Part shown: positions 27,952 through 41,844 of the stretch, piece after piece | How positions within the stretch are numbered: the stretch's first letter is position 1 | Layout of the letters: every line of letters starts with the position of its first letter | From: the human T2T-CHM13v2.0 reference genome, Homo sapiens | Reading direction: 5' to 3' (one strand) | Assembly: GCF_009914755.1 (NCBI RefSeq) | Contig: NC_060925.1 | DNA: 64,000 nt | Program-made: the position numbers and the translations under genes | Notes under the pieces: model-generated | Databases searched by the model: none | The model's input: only the letters and a program-made list of their open reading frames with translations | What the model was told of the DNA's origin: nothing

Positions 27952-29364
27952 AGGAGCTTCTTTTTAAAGTGCAGAGCTCTGTGTTCTACCTCAAGAAACT
28001 CTGATTTACAAGGTTTTTTGTTTGTTTTTGTCTTTTTAACATGACTCCAGTTATTCTGTTGCAGGTGGTGTGAAAAACACTGCTTTGAACAACTCTATGA
28101 TACTGCTTTCCTGGTAGGAGAAATAAAGTACCTGTACAAAGCAAGATATACATTTGCTTAAACTCTCAAACGAGAAAAGAGGGAGAGAGAAATTCTCAGC
28201 CTTAACTAGGAAAGTTTTGACAAGAAAAGATGGGAGGAAAAGACAGTGTGTGTGTTGGGGGCAACATGAGCAAAGGTAGAGATGCAGGAAAATGGAGAAT
28301 GACTAGTAGTTGGATTTGGTGAGAATGAGTAAAGAGTATGAACAGTAAAAATGGAAATGTAGGTTTGAGCTCAAATGGTGGACATTAACACATTTAGTTA
28401 ATAGGCAATAAAGAGTAAGAGAACGATTTTGATTTGAGGTGAAAAGAAGATAACCAACAGCAGGTCAGAAGAATTCTGAAGAGGCATGAAGTTGCGGAGA
28501 GAGAGAGACAACTTATGAATGACAAGAAAAGAAAAGATATGAGATCACAAGGATTTGAGGACTCTTCTATAACCAATGGATATTTATTGAGGGTCTATTT
28601 TGTGTGAAACATGTGGTACTGAGCAATGGGAGAAGATGGAAAGGAAATTATTAACTTGGTATGATGCCAGGGAGACATAAGAGGAAAAGGGTGGTATACA
28701 GGTCTAAATTTGGTGAGTGAGAGTAAGGGTAGAGGAAGTAAGTAAATGAAAAATACATAGGGAGTCCGACTGACAGAATTTGCTGTGTACTTGGATAGAG
28801 AGAGCTGAGCAAGAGGGAGGAGTCTAGGAAAATTGAAGTCTCTAGATTGGGTGATTAGAAGGATGATGACTTTGTGAACTCAGAGAAAGAAGAGTATGGA
28901 AAGGAGGAGGGATCATGAGTTATATATTTTATTGCATTTGAAGAACCTGGGAAAACATAGTAGAGTCTTGGGAATATAGGTCTGAAGCTCAAGAATGAGT
29001 TTTAGATGGCATACGTGGAATTGATACCAGATTCACCTTAGTGGATTGGGGGAACAGGGAGGACAGGGTTAAGCCAAAGCTAAGATGGATTTCAAGGTAG
29101 GTAAGAACCTGGAGTGGGCAGAAGTGAACTGAGCAAAAGGTTAATTGCAAAATTTAGAGCTAAGAATCAAAGCAGAAAAGACCGTTATGTTCTCAGGTTC
29201 AAGGAATTATCAAAACTTTGAGATGGAAAGCTCAAGGGCTAGGGGAATGCAGCAAGAGCTAATTGAGAAATGAGAGCAAAAGCAGTGGATAAAGTACTAT
29301 ATATATATATATTTGCAGAACTTCCTTTAGCAAGAGTAGTGTATTTGTTTGGAAGAACTACTTT

Positions 29365-29670
<306 letters not shown>

Positions 29671-30774
29671 AGAAGAACTACTTTAGGTAGGCAGTGAAAC
29701 TCCATTGGATTTAATCAACAGAAGATGTTTCTTCAACTCCTATGTAGGAAAGAAGAGAGGTTGGAAGATAGAGCTCGTAGAAGTTCTACTCAACTTCTCA
29801 GGAACCCCCTACTCTTATGTTAAGTTGGGGAGAATCATGAAATGTTTAGAGATAATTTCCTGTAGAAACTAGAGGAAGGGCTGAATTCTGGTTCAGAGAG
29901 ATGAAGGAATAAGAAGGATGTCAGTGAGTTATTTTTATATTGACATTCTTATAGAATGATTGGGCTTTACTGTTGTAATGGTACAAGCCAAAGAAGACTA
30001 AAATTATTAAAACCACATCTAAATTATTTAGGAGACATGATTTTGAATTTCAGCTCTTTTTGTTCATCCCATCCCCTACAAATCAATTTGACAAGTGGTG
30101 AAATTCGACAGTGGTGTATTTAGCTATTGGTTATGGTTTTTTATTTCCCAAGAATGTCTTGTACGACTAGCAATCAGAATTTACACAATTGTTTTCAAAG
30201 TTTCCCATGATACTCTTACAATGTGCATTATTTGTTAAACGAATTAATAATTTGGATTAAGACAAAGTGAACTGAAATCAAGTTCATTTCACCTCTATGT
30301 TGATACATTAAGAGGATGACTTTCTCTTTCTGTACTAACAGAACACTGTGTGCCTAAAACAGTGTTAAAAAGCCAAATGCTGATAGATTTTTAAATACCT
30401 GGTAGAGGATTTTATCAACAAACCAGAGGGCTTTGTAGGAGCCATAAAAGGGGAGGCAAAGCAGCCCTTTACATCACTTGGCTGTATTTTATTAACTTTA
30501 GGTAATTGCTTAGGATAAAGAAGGAGGAGAAACACATCATTCTCTCTAGAATGTAGATTATCAGGTAAGACTCTCCCTCAGCCACAGAACTTTGAGCTTC
30601 CTAAGCGAGTTCCTTGACAAGCTGAGAACAATGGGAACACTTAGATAGCACCCACCTTGCAGGGTGCAATGTAAGTTGCAAAGGTGTACAGATGCTCCTT
30701 TACTTAGGATGGTGTTGTGTACTGACGAACCCATCATAAATGGAAAATACACTAAGTCAAAAATGCGTTTAACG

Positions 30775-31054
30775 GGCCAGGCACGGTGGCTCACGCCTGT
30801 AATCCCAGCACTTTGGGAGGCCGAGGCGGGCGGATCAGGAGGTCAGGAGATCGAGACCATGCTGGCTAACACAATGAAACCCCATCTCTACTAAAAATAC
30901 AAAAAAATTAGCTGGGCAAGGTGGCGGGTGCCTGTAGTCCCAGCTACTCGGGAGGCTGAGGCAGACGAGTGGCATGAACTCCGGGGGGCGGAGCCTGCAG
31001 TGAGCTGAGATCGCGCCACTGCACTCCAGCCTGGGGGACAGCGAGACTCCGTCT

Positions 31055-31095
<41 letters not shown>
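30775..31095 (+). mobile_element. AluY (AluYe5-like) with 40-nt poly-A
   Basis: ccggggggcggagcctgcag, gacagcgagactcc and gggcaaggtgg motifs; TSD gcgtttaac. Confidence 0.88.
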
Positions 31096-31096
<1 letters not shown>

Positions 31097-31172
31097 CGTT
31101 TAACATGCCTAATCTACTGAACATCATAGCTTAGCCCAGCCTACTTTAAACATGCTCAGAACATTTTTAGCA

Positions 31173-31458
31173 TGGCTCACACCAGAAATCCCAGCACTTT
31201 GGGAAGCTGAGGTGGGTGAATTGCTTGAGCTCAGAAGTTCAAGACCAGCCTGGCCAACATGGCGAAGCCCCATCTCTACAAAAAATTAGCTGGGCATGGT
31301 GGGGTGCACGTGTAGTCCTAGCTACTTGGGAGGTTGAGGCAGGCGTGGATTGATTGATCCCAGATGGTCAAGGCTGCCGTGCGCCCTGATCACACCACTG
31401 CACTCCAGCCTGGGTGGCAGAGTGAGACTCTGACTCAATAACAATAAAAAAAAATAAT
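31173..31458 (+). mobile_element. AluJ, 5' truncated
   Basis: Begins at tggctcac; no TSD. Confidence 0.85.
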
Positions 31459-32028
31459 ACTTTCAGTACAGTATTCAATAAATTATACAAGATATTCAGT
31501 ACTTTATTATAAAATAGGCTTTGTGTTAGATGATTTCGCCTAGCATCAGGAGAGAGTAAAATTGTACCACATATCACCAGCCTGGGAAAAGATCAACTTG
31601 ACAATGCAATGAAACGCATTCAGTAGAAGAATCTTGAAGGAATGCATTTCACTGCATTGTAAAGTCGAAAAATTGTTAAGCTGGACTATTTTAAGTCAGG
31701 GACTATCTGCATAAGACAGATTTATTGAAAATAAATTCCCTGAAATATCCTTTTCCCTGAAACTAGATTGTCTTCAGGTAATTGATAATCCAGGTGTATT
31801 CAGTGATTTCACTCTCAGAACAGTTGTGAGACTTAGAATTGTACTTTGGACTTTAATGTACCATAATCTTGCCTCCTCCATGGGTGGTGGGTTTTGATAA
31901 TTAGGCACTTGTCCAGAAAAGCTGGATTTTGGATGAATATATTACTTCATTTGTTTCTAAATTCAGAAAATATTTATTTATTTTTATTGGTGGCAGCAAT
32001 AGAGACTAATTAGAAAGGATGAGTGCAT

Positions 32029-32410
<382 letters not shown>

Positions 32411-32845
32411 CTAATGCAGACACTGAATGCTTCTGTGGGACGAGGAGGAAGTCAGTGATGACCCCCAGGTCTTCCTGATGGCTTAGTGGATCCTGTAGCC
32501 ATAGCCATATGGAGAGATAATCACTGTAGATAATATTCCATTTAAGAACTTGTTATTGAGAAAGGCTCAAATTCTGAAGACCTCAATTTCTATCTATAAA
32601 TGTTAAGAGGTAAAGTGAGTTTCTTACCTGTAACAAAAGAAACAATTTCAATGCTAAAAAATCCCGACATTTACTTCAACTTCATTTCAATTTGATATGT
32701 TTGTGAAATTATCTTGTATTTTCTACTTACCACAGAGAATTTTAAAATCTGAGACTTTAAACATAATTTTCCTTATTGGAAATAAATCCCCTTAAAATAT
32801 CCTTTCCCCTAAAACTAGATTGTTTTCTTTTTAAAATCAAAAAAG

Positions 32846-33165
32846 GGCCAGGTGTGGTGGCTCGCGCCTGTAATCCTACCACTGTGGCAGGCCGAGGCGG
32901 GTGGATTGCTTGAGCTCAGGAGTCCGAGACCAGCCTGGGCGACATGGTGAAATTCTGTCTCTACCAAAAATTGGCTGGGCGTAGTAGTGCATGCCTGTGG
33001 TCCAAGCTACTCAGGAGGCTGAGGTGGAAGGATTGCTTGAACGTGGGATGTGGAAGTTGCAGGGAGCCGAGATGGCACCACTACACTCCAACCTGAGTGA
33101 CAGAGTGTGACCCATCTCAAAACAAACAAACAGACAAAACAACAACAACAAAACCAAATAAAAAA
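32846..33165 (+). mobile_element. AluJ
   Basis: Full Alu with a caaa-repeat tail. Confidence 0.9.
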
Positions 33166-33568
33166 TTCTTAATATATTGCAAAGTATAACAAAAATATTT
33201 TGAAAAGGGATGGCAATGGGTAATTTTCAAAACCGTTACTTGCTGGAGGACAAAAAATGCTTTTTAATTAAAATGCACAGCATGCAGGTCAAGATTAAGT
33301 GGGAGATCTGAATGCAGCATATGCATTTTCCATAAAAATAATAACTGTCATTTTCGATGCTTCTGACTTCTCATATAGAATGTCTAAAACAGGAACTTCG
33401 GTTAGTGATACACATGATTCATATGTATGGGTTGAGCTGCTTATAGTAACACCATTGCAGGAATGATAGTTGTAATAACATGAGGTAAATTTTATTGGGA
33501 GATAAGAAATTTGTAAGGGAGATAATATGTTTGCATATTTAACAACAGTCATAAAAATAGTTCTTTTA

Positions 33569-33878
<310 letters not shown>

Positions 33879-34809
33879 TTAATTTTTAATTATTTTTAGG
33901 GTAGTTTTTTGTCTCTGTGAAGTGGTTGGTTTATACCACTACAAAAATATGATTCTTTTGGAATTGAATATTTTAGCAGGGGATGGCAGTAGAGCAGGGG
34001 CTCTTTATACTAAGGAATACTTCTAAACTCTAAAGTTGTATTTAGCTATAAGGTCTATGAAAACCACTTATGAATAGTTTATCAACTTTATTTTTAAAAA
34101 TCGTACATAGGAACAGGATAGGGAACATGTTAGTTCTGATTTTAATCATATTGATGTATGGGTTCTTCATGTTTCAAAACAGTAAGCAGGAATTTTTATA
34201 TGCTGATAAACAGTGATACTCTAGTATTATCCAAGCAACGTCTGTTAACAAGGCATTTTAGATCTAGAATTAAACAAAAAAAGATATAGCTTTGTAAATT
34301 TCCCTCTTTTTCAAAAATGATGGTGGGGAGACCAATCTGAAGAGGCTGTCGTGAGAGATGAATGCTCCTAAGTCAAAGAGTAGTGAGGAAGTAGAATAAC
34401 AATATGTTTATGGGATGAGGTTGGTTGGTTTTAATTTGCATATAGTTTTACAAATGAAGACCATTTATAATGTGTAAAGGTCCTTTATTTTTCTTTTTCT
34501 GTGATATCTGTTCATGTTTTCTAATTTTCTCTCGAGTGTCTGGTCTTTTTCTTCTTTGATATATAAGCTTCTTATATATTTATCTGTGATTTGAATATCA
34601 GATATTTTTTCCAGTTTGTAATTTGTGTCTCATCCTTGCTTATGCTATTATTGTTATTTTTGCCAGGTAGTAGTTTCTGATTTTTTAATTAGTTAGATTT
34701 ATTAATCTTTTATGGCTTTTAGATTTTGAGTCACAGTTAGGCCTTCCCATTCCTTTTTACGAATTCCAAGGTAAGGAGAGAATTCATCCATATTTTCATG
34801 GAATGCATT

Positions 34810-35050
34810 TTTTTGTTTTTGTTTCTGTTTTGCTCTGTCATCCAGGTGGGAGTGCAGTGGTGCAATCATGGCTCACTCTGGTTTTGACCTTCTGGGCTCA
34901 GCCATTCTCCCACCTCATTTTTTGATTTTTTCTAGAGAGGAGGTCTCACTATGTTGCCCAGGCTGGTATCAAACTCCTGGGCTTAAGCAATCCTCCCATC
35001 TTGGCCTCCCAAAATGCTGGCATTATAGGTGTGAGCCACCATCCCTGGCC
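34810..35050 (-). mobile_element. AluJ (deleted)
   Basis: Alu motifs with an internal deletion. Confidence 0.85.
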
Positions 35051-35472
35051 TTTGTAATACATTTGTATATTCGTATTTTGCATTTAAGTCTTTGGCCCAT
35101 TTGGAATATTTACTAGCATACAGAATGAGACATAGATTTAACTTTATTTTTTCCAGGTGCTATCCATTTATTCAAGTGTCCATCTTACCCCACTGACTTG
35201 AGATGCTGCTTATTTGGGTCTATTTCTGGGCTTTCTATTTAATTCCATTAGCCTATCTATTCCATTGGAAATCCCAAAGTATTAATTATTGAGATTCTAT
35301 AGTATTTTTTAATATACAGAAGGTTATTCCTTCCTCACTGATCTTTTAAAAATTGTTCTTCTGGTAAACTTGTTTGTTTATTTTCCCATGTGGACTTTGG
35401 AATCATTTTGTCCTATTCCAGAAAATTGCCAATTAGTGTTTTCATTGATATTGTAATACATTTAAAAATTAG

Positions 35473-35790
35473 GGGCACGTGCAGTGGCTCACACCTGTAA
35501 TCCCAGGACTTTGAGAGGCTGAGGTGGGCAGATAGCTTGAGCTTAGGAGTTTGAGACCAGCCTGGGCAAGAAGGCAAAACCCCGTCTCTGCAAAAAATAC
35601 AAAAATTAGCCAGGCCTGGTGGGTGTGCCTACAGTCCCAGCTATCCAGGAGGCTGAGGTGGGAAGACTGTTTGGGCCCAGGAGGTTGATGCTACAGGGAG
35701 GGAGATCTCATTTGAGCCAAAATTGTGCCACTGCCCTCCAGCCTGGGCGACAGAGTGAGACCCTGACTTTAAATAAATAAATAAATAAAA
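35473..35790 (+). mobile_element. AluJ
   Basis: Full Alu with (taaa)n tail. Confidence 0.88.
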
Positions 35791-35895
35791 TTAAAACTTA
35801 GAGAGCATTTACATACATTGACTTTTTCTCTCCAAAAACCTGGTCTGATTTTCATTTGTTCAAGTCTACTCTTGTGTCCTGCAGGAGTGTTTTAA

Positions 35896-36236
<341 letters not shown>

Positions 36237-36338
36237 TAATTACCCCTACACACTTTTTGTTGCGATTATGTCTTTTTCTTCTTTTATTTTGTAAGAGTAT
36301 TGTTTATCTGTTTGTACTACATACACATAATGTGTGTA

Positions 36339-36341
<3 letters not shown>

Positions 36342-36392
<51 letters not shown>
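36342..36392 (+). repeat. Compound (AT)n(CA)7 microsatellite
   Basis: Perfect AT run at 36342-36378 followed by a CA run. Confidence 0.96.
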
Positions 36393-36965
36393 AACAATTT
36401 TGGTAAATTAATTTTTTTCCTGCTCCCACACTTAAATTTTTTATTGTTTATATATTTTTTAGTTGATATTTTGGGTATACATATACACGTACATGTGAGG
36501 ATATACATATGTATACCAAAAAAATCAACTGAAAAAATGTATATTTAAAAAATATATATATTTCACTTGATTTATAGGTATAAAATCATATAATATAGAA
36601 ATGACAGTTTTACACTTTTTTTGTCAATAGTTATATCTTTACTTTCTGTCTTTCCTCTAGTTCCTTTGACTGATACTTTCAGCCCCACATTAATTAGTAG
36701 GGGAAGAACGAGCAACCCTTTTGTCCTGTTGACCTGAGCAGGAATCCTCCAAATTTCCCTATTAAATTTGAAGCTGGGTTTGAATTTTAAAATTAATTTT
36801 TAGTCAGACATTACTACTTTGCTTTATGTGAGAAATGGAAAATTTCATCCAACAACAAGATCCCTAAATGTCCAACAATAAGGGATTGGTTAAATACATT
36901 ATGTTAAATTCATTGAATGTAACAGAGCACTTACAAAATATGTAATCTTTTTGTCATTGAAATAA

Positions 36966-37306
<341 letters not shown>

Positions 37307-37432
37307 AGGATCTAAAAGTTATAAGCATATAAACTGGTGATTGATAACATAAATTTCAACTAATTTATAAAATCTAAAAATATCCATAACATTTTAGCAT
37401 AATTTAAAAACGTTAGAGATTTATGAAAAATT

Positions 37433-37732
37433 GGCCAGGTGTGGTGGCTCATTCCTGTAATCCCAGTGCTTTGGGAGGCCAAAGCAGGAGGATTGCTTGA
37501 GGCAAGGTATTTGAGACCAGCCTAGGCAACAGAGCAAGACTATCTCCACATAAAATAAAAAAAAAGATTATCTGGGTGTGGTAGCGTGCACCTACCCAGC
37601 TACTCAGGAGGCTGAGGTGGGAAGATTGCTTGAGCCCTGCAGCTCAAGATTACGGTGAGCTATGCTCATACCACTGCACTCCAGCCTGGAAGACAGACAG
37701 ATTGTGTCTCTTAAAACAAAACAAAACAAAAC

Positions 37733-37765
<33 letters not shown>

Positions 37766-37770
37766 GAAAT
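37433..37770 (+). mobile_element. AluJ
   Basis: Full Alu with aaaac/aaaag tail. Confidence 0.9.
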
Positions 37771-38437
37771 GAAAGAAATTTACAAAATAAGAACTGTGTT
37801 CTTTGTTCTGGATCCCTTTCTGTTATTAATTATTTTCAAAATGAAAAAATAAGCCTCTCCTGTTTAATTATGGAACGACCAGAGGTGTTTATCATGTATT
37901 CTTTGCAAAATGACATGAAAATGATAGTGTAGAAAGATGTTTACAAGATATAAGCCACAAGGAAAAAGGGAATAGGAGAAAAGTCTACAACAGATAAGAG
38001 ATTTCAATAAATTGTAAAAGCCAGAAATTGGACAGAGAAGTGATAACTGGCTTGGCAAAATGGAAGAGAGGCTAACCTCAGTGCTTGGAGGAAACTTAGC
38101 ACTTGATGGTGCAGTGGACTGTGGAAGGCAGGGGCAGGGCACAGGCTGAAAAAGGAAGATTGCCGTATAATGGTTCACTAGGCTCTTGGACCCCTGGGTC
38201 CCTTCTCCACCTCATTCAGGCAGCCTGCACTCATGCCCTCCACCCTAACATTGCCACTATCAATGCAATCCCTCTATGAGGTTAGAAGTTTCTCCTCTGG
38301 AGAAAGGAGTTTATCCTTTGGTGAAGCGTTCTCATAAACAAAACGTCTAACCAGAGAATGGGAAAGAGCCCTTGGAAATGACAAATGTGTTTGAAATAGA
38401 AAGTTCGGTGGAAGATAAGGTTAAGGAATTATTTTGG

Positions 38438-38672
38438 TCAAGGATGTCTCAATCTTGGCACAGTTGCCATCTGGTGCTGGAAATTCTTTGTGTGGAAGTT
38501 TGCTCTGTGTATTGTATGACGGTTAGCAGCATCCATGGCTTCTACTCACTAGATGCCAGACCATCCCCCTCTTTCCTGTGGCGACAACCAAGAATATCTC
38601 CAGACATTGCCACGTGTCTCCTGGGGCAGGGGAATCAACCTTCTCCTCCTTCTGCCCCGTTTGAGAACCTCT
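38438..38672. mobile_element. MER20 (hAT-Charlie)
   Basis: ttagcagcatccatggcttctactcactagatgccag...gacaaccaagaatatctccagacattgcca...ttgagaacc. Confidence 0.85.
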
Positions 38673-38679
38673 ATCTCAG

Positions 38680-39200
38680 ACAATAGATAAGAAAGATACA
38701 GAGATGATCAATAGGATAAAAGGACAATACATTTAGAGAATAATATAGATGTTCCAATAACCTACTAACAAGAATTCACAAAAAGAATAGAGAAAATGGA
38801 AGGGAGGAAAACAGCAAATAAATAAAAGAAAAAATTTGCAAATGAGATAAAAAAGACTGCTTGGTATCCAGCACAACCACTGAAAAAAGACCTATTTGTA
38901 AGGTGCATCAATATGACATTTCAGACTACTAGGGAAAATGGAAGATTCTAGAAAGAAAAATAGGTCAGATACAGAGGAGTGGGAACTAGAAAGGCATTAG
39001 ACATTTCAATGGCAACACTGGAAAAATGCTTTCAAAATGCTGAGGGAAAATAATTTTCAATCCATCTAAATTACCAGTCAGGAATAAGAGTAGAATGAAG
39101 ACATTTTCAGACAGGCAAGTACTCTAAAAATTTACCCTCTAGTACCTCTTCTGAGTAAGCTACTGGAGTCTGTGATCTGGCAAAATAAAAGAGTAAACTG
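38680..39200 (+). mobile_element. HAL1/L1ME ORF1-region remnant
   Basis: A-rich; ggcattagacatttcaatggcaacactggaa...gcttcaaaatgctgagggaaaataattttcaa. Confidence 0.6.
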
Positions 39201-39293
39201 AAAGTTGTGTGTTTGGGCATTGGAAGATATTATTGATGGGCATTTGATAGATATGTTGAAGCATTTGTATCTAAAATTTAGGTTAGATACATT

Positions 39294-39768
<475 letters not shown>

Positions 39769-40203
39769 CCTAATTGTTGATTTGAGTGAACATTGTAATA
39801 TGGTTATGTTGCAAGGAAGCATGAGGGCAAAGTTGTTGTGGTGGTGGGTAAAAGAGCTAAATCCTCAAATACCATAAGATGTCAATAAAGAATATGTAAA
39901 ACTGAAAATCAAGAAATTCTGTTACAAGGTTATCATTTAGGAGATGAAGAGCATGGTAGGGTTGTGTGGAATGTAGGGTGAAGACAGGTGGGGAGAAGCA
40001 GGGCCGGGGGCTGATGGCACTCATTGATGTTTTTTGTTATAAGCCTTTAAGAATTATTTGATTTTTCACTTATGTGTGTTACTTTCACTAAAAATAAAAA
40101 TGCAAACAAAACAATACACATACATTGTAGAAAATATATCACATATAATAAAATGCGCAAAAAGAACATAAAAAGATGGCCAGAATCTCATCCATCCAGA
40201 AAA

Positions 40204-40390
40204 CTGAGTGTGCCTGTAGTCTCAGCTATTTAAGAGGCTAAATGGGGAGGATTGTTTCTGTATTTTATGGGCTGCCTCCATAGATGCCTGGGAGTTAGAG
40301 GCTGTCATGTGATATGGTATCTGTGACTGGCCACTGTACTCCTGTACCCCAGCATGGGCAGCATAGCAGACCCTATCTCTTAAAAAAAAA
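40204..40390 (+). mobile_element. FAM (fossil Alu monomer) with ~30-bp insertion
   Basis: ctgtgactggccactgtactcc resembles FAM ctgtgaatagccactgcactcc; TSD a(a/g)tctca(t/c)cca(t/c)ccagaaa. Confidence 0.7.
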
Positions 40391-40469
40391 AGTCTCACCC
40401 ACCCAGAAATAACCACTGGTAATATCTTGAAATAGTTTCATCTGAAAACAAATGAAAGTACTTTTAAAA

Positions 40470-40646
40470 AAACCTTTTGGTTTGTTTGTTTGTTTGTTTA
40501 GAGACAGGGTCTCACTCTGTTACCCAGGCTGGAGTGCAGTGGTGCAATATCAGCTCACTGCAGCCTCCAACTCCTGGTCTCAAGCAATCCTCCTGCCTCA
40601 GTCTCCCAAAGCACTTGGGATTACAGACATAAGCCAGTGTGCCTGG
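40470..40646 (-). mobile_element. Alu monomer (FRAM-like or recombined AluJ)
   Basis: TSD tgaaagta(c/t)ttttaaa. Confidence 0.82.
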
Positions 40647-40976
40647 TGAAAGTATTTTTAAACACTTATAAAACTACAAACACTCTTAATACACTAAAAC
40701 TACCAACACAGGAAAAAGTAGTGCTTGGGGTTATTCATTTTTTAGTAATTCAGCCTTTCTGATCAAAATGTTTGGCGTCATTTAGTTTGTATCTTCACTA
40801 ACAGAGCAGAGTGGAGAATTAAGGCAACTTCTCAAAATATTTTTGCTTTAATTATAATTTTTAGAAAAAAAACAGCTTTTGGTCTTAGTTTTTCAAACAA
40901 TTGGTTCTATTCAGAAGATTAAGAATTTTGGAAAATAAATTCATCAGGAAAACTTACTTCATTTAAAACAGTTTTT

Positions 40977-41263
40977 GGCTGGACATGGTAGCCTGTAATC
41001 CCAGCACTTTGGGAAGTCGAGGTGGGTGGATCACTTGAGGTCAGCAGTTCGGGACCGGCCTAGCCAACATGGTGAAACCCCGTCTCTATTAGAAATACAA
41101 AAATTAGCCAAGCATGGTGGTGCATGCCTGTGATCCCAGGTATTCGGGAGGCTGAAGCACGAGATCTGAAACTGGAAGGCGGAGGTTGCAGTGATCCGAG
41201 ATGGCACCACTGCACTCCAGCCTGGGCAACAGAGCAAGACTCTGTCTCAAAGAAAAAAAAAAA
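40977..41263 (+). mobile_element. AluS
   Basis: Full Alu with small deletions and poly-A. Confidence 0.9.
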
Positions 41264-41497
41264 AGAGTTTTTGTATTTGTTGCCCATTTCAAGTGTGGAT
41301 AAATACTTTCATTTCTCTGATCTGTTTGCTTGAACTGTTTCAGTGAATAACAATATAAAAAGTGCAATTCGGTCTTTATACATCCCATTTAAAATGCAGA
41401 AAAACTTCATATGGTAAATACAGAATTCTGAGAAAGTATCCTTGGAAAGGGAATATTGGTGAAACAATTAATAATACAGATTTAATGAACTGGATAT

Positions 41498-41511
41498 ATA
41501 TATATACACAT

Positions 41512-41543
<32 letters not shown>

Positions 41544-41844
41544 ATATATATGTTTGTTTTTGAGACAGAGTTTCGCTCTTATTGCCCAGGCTGGAGTGCT
41601 ATGGTGTGAGCTCGGCTCACACAACCTCTGCCTCCCAGGTTCAAGCGATTTTCCTACCTCAGCCTCTCGAGTAGCTGAGATTATAGGCAAGCACCACCAT
41701 GCCTGGCTAATTTTTTATATTTTTAGTAGAGACAGGGTTTCTCCATGTTGGTCAGGCTGGTCTCGAACTCTCAACCTCAGGTGATCTGCCCGCCTCAGCC
41801 TCCCAAAGTGCTGGGATTACAGGCGTGAGCCACTGCACCCAGCC
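41498..41844 (-). mobile_element. AluSp/Sq-like with (TA)n tail
   Basis: TSD atgaactggatat at 41485-41497 and 41845-41857. Confidence 0.92.

Larger units (their letters stand above)
30689..31709 (+). mobile_element. MER47 (Tigger family), rearranged, with two nested Alus
   Basis: TIRs cagatgctcctttactta and taagtcagggactatctg; internal catcatagcttagcccagcctac and gcctgggaaaagatcaa. Confidence 0.8.
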
